Source of the DNA: Candidatus Tectiglobus diatomicola
Lineage (GTDB): Bacteria > Pseudomonadota > Alphaproteobacteria > Rhizobiales > Hyphomicrobiaceae
DNA: 64,000 nt
Direction: 5' to 3'
NCBI GenBank assembly: GCA_039583345.1
Contig: JAZDSJ010000006.1
Location: 45,654-109,653, forward strand
Shown: positions 54,029-62,998 of the stretch, one piece after another
Layout of the letters: the number at the start of each line of letters is the position of its first letter
Position numbering within the stretch: the first letter of the stretch is position 1
The notes under the pieces: model-generated
The model's input: the letters and a program-made list of their open reading frames with translations, nothing else
Told to the model about the DNA's origin: nothing
Database searches by the model: none
Position numbers and translations under genes: made by a program

Positions 54029-55726
54029 CTACGCTAAATAAAAAAGAACTAGATAACAACAAAGGATAATAACTGCACAAGACGCTATACTACCCGAAGG
54101 CCAAGTACGTCCTAAGACGCTATCTGATGAATGATACGTATTAACTAATCTCTCCAATTTAACAACTGCTTTAGTTAAACCTCTAGCCCCCGAAATCCAA
54201 CTTACCTGTGCCATTAGTGCTAAAGTCTGAGCTAAATGATAACCAAATTTACGATATACCCAATCCCCATCTATAATCGTGGATTTTTTAAGTACTGGAA
54301 GCATTTTCAATTTAATCATTAGCATAAAAGCTAACGTACTAAAGGCCACAAGCTGTAGTTGAACCACAATATGATCCAGAGTATATGGATCATACTTTAC
54401 AGAATAAGGCATAATCTTATAGAGGGGTGTGTAATATACTCCAATGGAAATACAGAGCACTGCTGCCAAACTCATGGCAACATACATGTTTGTTGGAACC
54501 TTATGCAAAAACTTTAGATCCTTTGCTCTTTCACCTCCAAATACGGCATATGGCAATCGAAGGCCACAAACAAAAAATGCACCAGCACTTGCCGTCAGCA
54601 TTAGTATCCAAGGCCAAAAATATTCACCTTTAAGAGCTGCTGATAAAATTAATGATTTGGCAACAAAACTAGAAAAAAATGGAAGAGAGATTGATGCTGC
54701 TCCCACCATACAAAACGCAAACGTCCAAGGCATTACATCACGAAGACCACCAAGCTCGGATGCTTTTGCTGTACCTACTCGAAATAACACCGCTCCAACT
54801 GCCATGAACAACAAAGCTTTATATATGATGTGACAAAAAGCATGAGCTGCAACACCGTTAATTGCCAATTCTGTTCCTATACCGACACCAACAACCATAA
54901 AGCCAAGCTGATTATTCAATGCGTGAGCAAGCAACCGACGCATATCATTCTCAATTATTGCAAAAAAGATGGGAAAAACAGCCATCACTACACCTACAGG
55001 AATTAAAATGTCTGTACCAGCGTAGCCACGGGCGAGTGCATAAACAGCCAATTTCGTGGTGTAAGCAGATAGCAAAACAGTTCCTGTTACTGTCGCATGG
55101 GGATAGGAGTCCTGAAGCCAGTTATTGAGCAACGGAAACGCACACTTTATTCCAAATGCAAGGAGAATGAGTTGACCAGCAAACATCTCAATACCGATCG
55201 AATTAAACGATATGGAGCCAGTATCTCGGAAGTAGATCAAAATACCGGAGAGTAAAATTACACCAGATCCAATCTGAATAATAAGATAACGATGTCCAGA
55301 CCGGTATGAAGCAACTGTGCGTGATGCCCAAATCAAAAAGACAGATGCAATTGCAGTTAGCTCCCAAAACACAAATAATGTTACAAGATCGCCTGCAAAT
55401 GCTGCCCCAACGGCACTACCAGCATAGACCATGCCCGAAACATGTTGCGCCCAATCTCTAACATGCCAAGAATAAATTATACCAATAACCGCTGCAATTA
55501 AAAAAACATAACCAAAAACAAGGCTAAGTCTGTCAACCCTAAGTGTGACCAACTCCATATCAAACAAAGGTATACGGCCAAATTCTCCCACCGGTAAATA
55601 TGATAGGTAAACGAGAGCTATAATCGGGATTGCAAGCATGTAAATGCTGCGTAAGCAGCGTGGCAGAAGCGGAACGAAAAAAGCACCCAAAATTAGTATT
55701 AGGCCAGGATTCAACTCACTAATCAT
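54029..55726 (-). CDS. Mrp-cluster antiporter-like subunit 3 (NuoL/M/N - MrpA/D family proton-conducting membrane transporter)
   Basis: 565 aa polytopic protein with the family core (WELTAIASVFLIW ... HAFCHIIYKALLFMAVGAV). Last gene of the cluster; overlaps the preceding small ORF by 8 nt. Confidence 0.85.
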   Translation of the reverse strand: MISELNPGLILILGAFFVPLLPRCLRSIYMLAIPIIALVYLSYLPVGEFGRIPLFDMELVTLRVDRLSLVFGYVFLIAAVIGIIYSWHVRDWAQHVSGMVYAGSAVGAAFAGDLVTLFVFWELTAIASVFLIWASRTVASYRSGHRYLIIQIGSGVILLSGILIYFRDTGSISFNSIGIEMFAGQLILLAFGIKCAFPLLNNWLQDSYPHATVTGTVLLSAYTTKLAVYALARGYAGTDILIPVGVVMAVFPIFFAIIENDMRRLLAHALNNQLGFMVVGVGIGTELAINGVAAHAFCHIIYKALLFMAVGAVLFRVGTAKASELGGLRDVMPWTFAFCMVGAASISLPFFSSFVAKSLILSAALKGEYFWPWILMLTASAGAFFVCGLRLPYAVFGGERAKDLKFLHKVPTNMYVAMSLAAVLCISIGVYYTPLYKIMPYSVKYDPYTLDHIVVQLQLVAFSTLAFMLMIKLKMLPVLKKSTIIDGDWVYRKFGYHLAQTLALMAQVSWISGARGLTKAVVKLERLVNTYHSSDSVLGRTWPSGSIASCAVIILCCYLVLFYLA

Positions 55727-56009
55727 AATAGCCCTCTGGCTGCATCAGAATTACACGTAAAAGTTTTGCTCCAACCACAAAAGTGACACATGCTATAAAT
55801 CCACAAAATGTATAAAAGCCCCACACATACTCGACATCGAAAGGTCCATGTTTATGAATGAATGGATCACAAATTAAGAGCATAAAACAGATGAAGTAAA
55901 GAATGCGTATGATAAATTTACTGTTCTCTATAGAATTACTCTTTGATCTTTTAACATCGGGTATTTGGGAATGTGATAAGGGCTTGCGTCCCAACTTATC
56001 ATAATCCAT
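55719..56009 (-). CDS. small 2-TM membrane protein embedded in the Mrp cluster (no family recognised)
   Basis: The ORF opens at 56042. ATG 56009 is preceded by AAGGAG with a 9-nt spacer. Two hydrophobic helices (IIRILYFICFMLLICDPFI, GFYTFCGFIACVTFVVGA). Translationally coupled to the downstream subunit. Confidence 0.65.
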   Translation of the reverse strand: MDYDKLGRKPLSHSQIPDVKRSKSNSIENSKFIIRILYFICFMLLICDPFIHKHGPFDVEYVWGFYTFCGFIACVTFVVGAKLLRVILMQPEGYYD

Positions 56010-56072
56010 AGATCTAAACTCCTTCCTGCCACCAAGGGGCATGTATCAAGTGTACACTCCTTGTTCTGAAGA

Positions 56073-57578
56073 CTATTTAGCCATAACAACCTCGGAATTA
56101 AAGCCAATAAGACCTATAAAGTCATACAGTTCACCAGCAATAAAAAACATGGCTAGGCAACCAAATGCCGTTATAACGATTGGAATAATGCAAGCCAGCG
56201 GAGCTTCTTTAATATTTACATTATCCTTATCAACAACTCCAGGTAAGGGCTTAAAAAACGCAGAACTCACTATTGGTAATAGGTAAGCTACGTTCAAAAG
56301 CGAAGAAACCATAAAAATGGCAACGGCAAATTGATATCCTGCATCAAGAGCACCAATAGCAAGAAACCATTTTGACCAGGTTCCTCCGAACGGAGGCAAA
56401 CCGATTATACTTAGAGACGCGATTAAAAAGGCAACCATAGTAACAGGCATAAGGCGACCTATACCATTAAGTTCACTGACATCAGTTTTATGATGAGTAA
56501 TGTAAATTGCGCCAGCGCACATGAAAAGTGTAATCTTAGCGAGAGCGTGCATTACAATGTGCATGATCCCACCAGTCACACTTGCGGATGTAGCAAGCGA
56601 CGCTCCAAGAACAATATAAGAAAGTTGACTCACAGTCGAGTAAGCCAACCTCGCTTTTAAATTACTTTGTTTCAACGCGATCAGTGAAGCTATAATTAGG
56701 CAAAATGATGAGAAATAAATCAACCATTCTGCCTGCCCACTATTAGCTAAAGTATCAATGCCAAAAATATAAATAACTACCTTAAGTATAGTAAATACAC
56801 CTGCCTTCACCACAGCCACCGCGTGTAGCAAAGCACTAACAGGAGTTGGTGCTACCATAGCTGATGGAAGCCAAAAGTGAAACGGCATAAGTGCAGCTTT
56901 ACCAACGCCAAAAACAAATAATGCTAACAATACTGCAAGTAATGAGTTGCTAGTATTGCCGCCTAAAATCCCACCTGATGAAAAGTCAAGAGTACCAGTT
57001 ATAGAATACGTAATGAAAATTGCAGGTAAAAGTAGCATCATAGATGTGCCAAGTAAAAGAAGAATATATATACGAGCACCGCTTCGTGCAGAATCATTTC
57101 CCTTATGCGAAACTAACGGATAAGTAGACAGAGTAAGGATCTCGTAAAAGATGAAAAGCGTAAACAAATCTCTAGAATAAGCAAGACCCATTACACTAGA
57201 TATTGCAACAGCAAAGCATACGAAAAATGAGGTCTGTCTAGGCTCATTATGCCCACGCATATAACCTATCGAATAAATTGAATTAACAATCCAAAGTGAG
57301 GAGGCCACTACTGAAAAAAGCATCCCTAAGGGTTCGACTTTAAAAGAAATGCCAAGCCCCGAAGCTATAGTAAGGCAAAACAATTCTGGCCGATCACCTG
57401 ATACTATGTATGGTAAGAGATCTGTAACAACAATCAAAAGTGCTATTGCGGAAATCAGAGTTACAGCGTCACGCAGATTCGGAGCTCGATAAAACAACGG
57501 TATAATCAACGCTGCCATTAACGGTATTAGAACTGCTGCTAGGATTAATTCACCAGATTGCAGGCCGGTCAGATTCAT
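56073..57578 (-). CDS. mrpD: Mrp antiporter-like subunit 2 (MrpD/NuoM-N family)
   Basis: 501 aa. YEILTLSTYPLV, WLPSAMVAPTPVSALLHAVAVVKAG, HALAKITLFMCAG. 4-nt overlap with the upstream gene. Confidence 0.88.
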   Translation of the reverse strand: MNLTGLQSGELILAAVLIPLMAALIIPLFYRAPNLRDAVTLISAIALLIVVTDLLPYIVSGDRPELFCLTIASGLGISFKVEPLGMLFSVVASSLWIVNSIYSIGYMRGHNEPRQTSFFVCFAVAISSVMGLAYSRDLFTLFIFYEILTLSTYPLVSHKGNDSARSGARIYILLLLGTSMMLLLPAIFITYSITGTLDFSSGGILGGNTSNSLLAVLLALFVFGVGKAALMPFHFWLPSAMVAPTPVSALLHAVAVVKAGVFTILKVVIYIFGIDTLANSGQAEWLIYFSSFCLIIASLIALKQSNLKARLAYSTVSQLSYIVLGASLATSASVTGGIMHIVMHALAKITLFMCAGAIYITHHKTDVSELNGIGRLMPVTMVAFLIASLSIIGLPPFGGTWSKWFLAIGALDAGYQFAVAIFMVSSLLNVAYLLPIVSSAFFKPLPGVVDKDNVNIKEAPLACIIPIVITAFGCLAMFFIAGELYDFIGLIGFNSEVVMAK

Positions 57579-59089
57579 TGTTTCACCTCCCCTAAGAGCT
57601 GTTCAGCAGCCTTGCTGGCGACATCAGCTGTCCATGATGTTTCTAGACCGAAATAAATAGTCGCTATGGAGAGTAATATAATTGGAACAAGCATACTTAA
57701 AGGTGGCTCTTCAGCCCCACTGCAGCGTTGATCAACAGGATTAAAATAAACCACCTCTACTATCCGACCAATATAAATAACTGCTATCAATGAACTAGCC
57801 ATCATAGCCAAAGCTATAGGCCACAACCCTGCATTGACAGCACCTACACCCAGATACCATTTAGAAATAAATCCAACTGTACTTGGAACGCCAATTATGC
57901 TGATACCACCAATCAAAAATGCAGCCATAGTTATCGGCATTCTTGAGGCCAGACCACCAATGCTACTCAACTTATCTGTACCAACACGAAATATAATAGC
58001 ACCTACAGCGGCGAATAAAAGGGCCTTCATGATCCCATGATTTACAAGGTGAATAATTGCACCCGTGAGAGCATATTCATTGGAAATAGCAATGCCTAAT
58101 GTTATATATCCTATCTGAGCAACCGATGAGTAAGCTAGCATACGTGCAATACGATCTTCGTATACCGCTATAACTGACGCAACGAATATTGCTGCAAGAG
58201 AAAGTAGTATTATAATCTCAGTAACTGGAATTTGTGAAAATGGAATCGCGGCGCCGAATACTGAAAAGTAAAAACGTAAAAGAATGTAAATAGAAACTTT
58301 CGTTGCTGTAGCAGAAAGAAAAATAGTTACAAAAGAGGGAGCAAACGCATAAGCATTTGGCAACCAAGCATGCAGAGGGAAAAGTGCTAATTTTAGACTA
58401 ATTCCTGCAAATATGAAAGCCATGCCGGTCATAACAGGTCGGTGATAATCAGCCATAGAAGGGCCTAAGCGCTCAGCAATATCATAAAGATTAAGACTTC
58501 CTGTGACAATATAGAGAAGACCTACTCCTATAACGTATAAAGTTGCTCCGATAGTACCGACAATGAGATATTGATAAGCAGAAAGCAAAGCCTCTCTACG
58601 CTGACCCATAGCGATTAACACATAAGTGCTCAATGAAGAAATCTCCATAAACACGAAAACATTAAATGCGTCACCTGTAATTGCCATACCTAAAAGGCCG
58701 CAAAGGCACAATAAATAGATGCAATAAAACCAGGGCTGATTTTCAGCATGAATATCTTTCTCTACTGTTCTCAATGCGTAAGGCATAACTAAAGCGCCAA
58801 TACTTGAAACTAACAGCAAGACGAATGCGCTAAAAATATCAACTCTGAACTCTATTCCAAAAGGTGGGGGCCATCCGCCCAGCGAGTATGATACTGCGCC
58901 GTCGTTAATAATCTTAATCAACAACACAACTGATGACGAAAACAACACCCAGGCAACGAACGTTGATAAAGCCCATGCAAAAAAACCACACCTAACCATA
59001 GCAACCAATGAGGCTGAAATCATTGGTGTAACAACAATGAGCGCAGGAAGGTGCTCACTAAGAATAAAAACCTCTTTGACTACGCTCAT
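57575..59089 (-). CDS. mrpD: Mrp antiporter-like subunit 1 (MrpD/NuoM-N family)
   Basis: 504 aa. FMEISSLSTYVLIA, HAWLPNAY, HLVNHGIMKALLFAAVGA. The start overlaps the mrpC stop by 1 nt. Confidence 0.88.
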   Translation of the reverse strand: MSVVKEVFILSEHLPALIVVTPMISASLVAMVRCGFFAWALSTFVAWVLFSSSVVLLIKIINDGAVSYSLGGWPPPFGIEFRVDIFSAFVLLLVSSIGALVMPYALRTVEKDIHAENQPWFYCIYLLCLCGLLGMAITGDAFNVFVFMEISSLSTYVLIAMGQRREALLSAYQYLIVGTIGATLYVIGVGLLYIVTGSLNLYDIAERLGPSMADYHRPVMTGMAFIFAGISLKLALFPLHAWLPNAYAFAPSFVTIFLSATATKVSIYILLRFYFSVFGAAIPFSQIPVTEIIILLSLAAIFVASVIAVYEDRIARMLAYSSVAQIGYITLGIAISNEYALTGAIIHLVNHGIMKALLFAAVGAIIFRVGTDKLSSIGGLASRMPITMAAFLIGGISIIGVPSTVGFISKWYLGVGAVNAGLWPIALAMMASSLIAVIYIGRIVEVVYFNPVDQRCSGAEEPPLSMLVPIILLSIATIYFGLETSWTADVASKAAEQLLGEVKQ

Positions 59090-59484
59090 TAAACTTTCTC
59101 GACTTTTTCCGTGTTGAGGTTCTCTTCGGACCTGCGCTTAAGGATTTCATCCTCCTCGATAGTACCGTATGCTTCATTAATCCGAACAACTAGTGCCAAC
59201 CCAAGGGCAAGCGTTCCAACACCAACGACTATAGCAGTCAGCATCAAAACGTGAGGCAATGGATTTGAATACAAAGAAAACTTAGAATCCAATATTGGAG
59301 CTGTACCTCCTATAATCTTAGCTGGAGAAATATAAAGCAAATATACTGATGTTTGAAATAATGCCAATCCAACGAGCTTTTTAATCATATTGCCGCAGAC
59401 CATTACTATATAAAGACCTAATACCATCAAAAAAATGGTAACTGCGTAATTATAGTGTAAGGCTATCGTTTCAAATAGCTGCAT
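59089..59484 (-). CDS. mrpC: Mrp subunit C (NuoK-like)
   Basis: 131 aa with 3 TM segments and the typical MnhC/NuoK pattern (LTAIVVGVGTLALGLALVVRI). Confidence 0.85.
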   Translation of the reverse strand: MQLFETIALHYNYAVTIFLMVLGLYIVMVCGNMIKKLVGLALFQTSVYLLYISPAKIIGGTAPILDSKFSLYSNPLPHVLMLTAIVVGVGTLALGLALVVRINEAYGTIEEDEILKRRSEENLNTEKVEKV

Positions 59485-59900
59485 TAGCGACCTCGCTCAA
59501 CAAAAGCGTAAAATATTGCAATCATTATGCTTGCAACCGTAACAATCACGCCAGCTTCTATTAATAAGATCCCAATGTGATGCGCATGTTTTGGATGATG
59601 AGCGAAAACGCTATAATCCAAGAAATTCTTCCCAAAGACTAATGAGCAAAGCCCCACTCCCGAGTAAAGCATTACACCGAAAGGGGCTAGGAAGCTGACG
59701 ACAGACTGCGGAGCAATACATTGTGCAGAGCGCACACCAAATACAATAGCATAAAGCACGACGGCACCAGCTATCATTACACCAGCCTGAAAGCCTCCCC
59801 CAGGACTAAAGTCACCATGAAAGTGCACGTAAAATGCAAAAACTAGCATTAGAGGTATCATAATTTTCGCCATAATGCGAAAAATGATGTCTGACCTCAT
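59484..59900 (-). CDS. mrpB: Mrp subunit B (MnhB domain)
   Basis: 138 aa. The HGDFSPGGGFQAGVMIAGA motif is typical of MnhB/MbhE-type subunits. Confidence 0.85.
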   Translation of the reverse strand: MRSDIIFRIMAKIMIPLMLVFAFYVHFHGDFSPGGGFQAGVMIAGAVVLYAIVFGVRSAQCIAPQSVVSFLAPFGVMLYSGVGLCSLVFGKNFLDYSVFAHHPKHAHHIGILLIEAGVIVTVASIMIAIFYAFVERGR

Positions 59901-60442
59901 GTCCGATCTCCGCCTTTTTTGTTCCGACGTTTAAGCAATAGCATAACCCCAATACCAGCAGTAAGAACAACTGTTGTCTCACCTAGGGTGTCAAAGCTTC
60001 TAAAATTAGCAAGCACAGTTGTCACCACATTAGGCACGCCAATCTGGGGAATACTTTGCTCAAGATAAAAAGGAGCAACATGCATGTGTATAGGAGCATT
60101 TGCAAGACCAAAAGTCGGCAAACCATATGTTCCGTAAACCAGCACTACCCCTGTAAGAAAGACTATGATCAAAGGCAAAAGCTCTACCTGACCAGACCGA
60201 ATTTTAGCCGATTTGGTCAAATAAAGGGTTCCCAGAAAAACCACAGTTGAAATGCCAGCACCAACTGCAGCTTCTGTTAGCGCAACGTCTACCGCGTCGA
60301 GCACGATCATAATGCTAGCCATAAGAAAACTGTAAGCACTGAAAAGCACAACTACTGCGAACAAGTTTTGCTGACACATAATCGCAAGTGTTACAACAAC
60401 AAGAAGAGTCAAAAGGACCGCGTTAATATATAACTCCATCAC
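59897..60442 (-). CDS. DUF4040-type membrane subunit (MrpA C-terminal / MrpB N-terminal-like, MbhD-like)
   Basis: 181 aa with about 5 TM segments. FRSFDTLGETTVVLTAGIGV is characteristic of this family. 4-nt overlaps on both sides. Confidence 0.8.
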   Translation of the reverse strand: MMELYINAVLLTLLVVVTLAIMCQQNLFAVVVLFSAYSFLMASIMIVLDAVDVALTEAAVGAGISTVVFLGTLYLTKSAKIRSGQVELLPLIIVFLTGVVLVYGTYGLPTFGLANAPIHMHVAPFYLEQSIPQIGVPNVVTTVLANFRSFDTLGETTVVLTAGIGVMLLLKRRNKKGGDRT

Positions 60443-60849
60443 TCTACACCTTCCTGTTTTAAGCGCGTCTTAACGCCCCCGTGAAAGGGAGGTGTAGGAA
60501 GAAAGTTTTCACAGTCAGCGTCATTTAGTTCAGGCTTTTCGCCATTGCCCAAGGCCGCCTGCGCTATAGCATATGATGCAACGGGGGCAGTTATCATAAA
60601 CAAAACCATGATGAACACCAACTTAACAGCCATCAGAATTGAACTGGACTGCAGCACGAGACCTAGTAATAAAAAAAAAGAACCCGCAGTCTCCAAAACG
60701 CTGGCTGCATGCATACGAGTGAAAACATCAGGCATTCGCACAACACCAATGGCACCAACTAAAGCAAAAAAGGCTCCAATAACTATGAATATGCCACTTG
60801 CAAAATCTACAGCAAGACAAAGCATGTCCCAGCCAAAAATATTATTCAT
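60439..60849 (-). CDS. mrpG: Mrp subunit G
   Basis: 136 aa. GAIGVVRMPDVFTRMHAASVLETAG matches the PhaG/MnhG pattern. Confidence 0.85.
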   Translation of the reverse strand: MNNIFGWDMLCLAVDFASGIFIVIGAFFALVGAIGVVRMPDVFTRMHAASVLETAGSFFLLLGLVLQSSSILMAVKLVFIMVLFMITAPVASYAIAQAALGNGEKPELNDADCENFLPTPPFHGGVKTRLKQEGVE

Positions 60850-61139
60850 GAAGACAACTCTTTTTCACAAGGATCGCAAGCAAGATCGCCATAGCGGAAA
60901 TATTTGAGAACGGCTAACGTTGCTATAATATTAAGCAGAGCATAGGCCAACCCGATATCTGCCCAATCAGGACGTTTAAACAGAAATCCTATGATTACAA
61001 GCAATAATATTGAAAGCGTCCCAACAGCATTACCGGCGAGCACTCTGTCGAACAAAGTCGGCCCTCGAACTACACGTATCACAGCCAGAGTTAATGCTGC
61101 CATGATGGATATACTAGCAAGTAAATAGATGTAATGCAT
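60846..61139 (-). CDS. mrpF: Mrp subunit F
   Basis: 97 aa. VIRVVRGPTLFDRVLAGNAVGT matches the MrpF/PhaF pattern. Confidence 0.85.
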   Translation of the reverse strand: MHYIYLLASISIMAALTLAVIRVVRGPTLFDRVLAGNAVGTLSILLLVIIGFLFKRPDWADIGLAYALLNIIATLAVLKYFRYGDLACDPCEKELSS

Positions 61140-61148
61140 TTTATTAAC

Positions 61149-61643
61149 CTACCCATTACTTTCGATAGAAGTTACTTTTTTGTCCATTATGCCCTGCTCA
61201 AGACCCTCCACCCCTTCACGCAACAAAGAATGTATTACAATACCCTGCCCTAATACGCTTATAGTTAACGTGCCTGGAGTAAGCGTAATAGAGTTAGCAT
61301 AGGTAAATATGCCCATTGGCGTTTTCTGGCCAGCTTTTATTTTTTTTATGGTCGGACTAATTGGTAATGTAGGGTCTATAATGACTAGAGTTACTTCCCA
61401 GGCGGATTTCACGATCTCTTTCAAAAGCCAAGGTATGTATAATGCAAAATTTAATACTGAATAACTAGCTCCCTCAATGCCTTCAAAATCTTGCGCCCCT
61501 TTTATCACTCTCATTTTCTCCACAACCAAAACACATGGAATAGTGATTGCGATACCTACCGTAACAAAGAAAATGTCATAATATCCTGACAAACCAAACC
61601 ATATAGACAACAGTGTTAATGAGACTATTATGATACGTAGCAT
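61149..61643 (-). CDS. mrpE: Mrp subunit E
   Basis: 164 aa. MnhE pattern ANSITLTPGTLTISV. First gene of the cluster. Confidence 0.85.
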   Translation of the reverse strand: MLRIIIVSLTLLSIWFGLSGYYDIFFVTVGIAITIPCVLVVEKMRVIKGAQDFEGIEGASYSVLNFALYIPWLLKEIVKSAWEVTLVIIDPTLPISPTIKKIKAGQKTPMGIFTYANSITLTPGTLTISVLGQGIVIHSLLREGVEGLEQGIMDKKVTSIESNG

Positions 61644-62202
61644 GAGATGCTATAATCCTTTAGCGTAACATTTATACAATTGGTGTAGACATAGCATATA
61701 TAACGTACACAGGCATATCGCAAATTTAATCATTACACCATAAATATTTACATAGGGGAAAGGCAACGAACTTGTTAATTCAATCTAAGAAATAATCTAT
61801 AAGATCTTAACAATGTACGGCAAATAATCTACCAACTAAGATTTCAATTTATAAAAATCTAGCTTTTTTATGACACAGATCAAAAATAATGACACTTTAA
61901 AATCAGTATCGGAAACTTTATGCATCACTAAATTTTATGGTTGCTCCATAACTTTTAGATTTACTTTTTAAATAGATACTGCACTATCGGATTTTTAATC
62001 ATGGAGCGCTACTATCCTTTCTTAATGTCATGTAGCATAAATTTTAATGACTTATTATAATTTAGTTATCATTCAAACTAGTCAGTAACGCATGATGATT
62101 AATCTCTTAGAAATTAGCAGTGTTTCTTTATTTTTTTTAAGTAATTTTTACTAAATAAGAGCTGTAATTGCAAGCAATGTTTGCTACAGTTTTTGATACA
62201 TA

Positions 62203-62250
62203 ATAATAGCAAAAGTAAACAAAAATATAATAGCAAAAGTAAACAAAAAT
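62203..62250. repeat. perfect 24-bp tandem duplication (ATAATAGCAAAAGTAAACAAAAAT x2)
   Basis: Read directly: copy 1 at 62203-62226, copy 2 at 62227-62250, identical. Confidence 0.95.
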
Positions 62251-62998
62251 AATTTAGTGTTATTGCGTAGCCACGATGCTTACAGTTGAAGCGCAACAAT
62301 GAGCTATCTCGCTCACGATGATCTGACTGGTCAACTTGCATAAGTCTAGTCGAAAAAATTTATCAAAGATATTAAGTATATCAAATTTTCATTCCGACAA
62401 AACCTCAATCCTTATCCATGCCAATATGTTGAATTTTACTACAATTTTATATTCATCAAAAGTCTTATGAAGACAACAGAGTTGCTATATATGATTGAAG
62501 TTAATAACACTAGCGCCTGGTTATCAACACAAAAAACTATTGAGTTATATATAATCTACTAATAAACATTTCGTAGATACTTATCATCGCCAGGTACAGC
62601 TTAGGGTAAATGGAATTAGAGCTTTGAAGCTTTAAGCATGATCTAGATTTTTAAAGATCAAAAAATACTTAATTAATGGAATTAGGTATTGAGTGTACTG
62701 GTAGTGTCCAGCTTTAATTGGAAAATAATTTCCAGGCTCCTATGTTAAGTTTGTAAAGCTTTAGAAAAAAATGTAAAGCACGACATCTAATGGTTCTGAA
62801 AAGTTGTGTTTCGTGTTTAAAAACTAATGAATTTGCTAAATTCTTACTAATTCTAGATATTAGTTGTGTAGATTTTCATATCCACTTCTTCTTGTGTATC
62901 ATAATAGAAGTTACCATAGCATATTCTAAGACTACTCGTCTAAATCTTCTGGCTTTCTATGGCTCGGCTTAATCTGCAATAAGGTGAACTCTGTGAAG

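Noticed and set aside
62203-62250. Possible CRISPR-like repeat
   Set aside because: There are only two directly abutting identical 24-mers, with no spacers, no further copies and no cas genes. It is a simple tandem duplication.
62114-62341. 75-aa ORF spanning the tandem duplication
   Set aside because: The repeat generates a low-complexity Leu/Cys run (YFCLLLLL x2). There is no RBS and no recognisable domain. It is probably non-coding.
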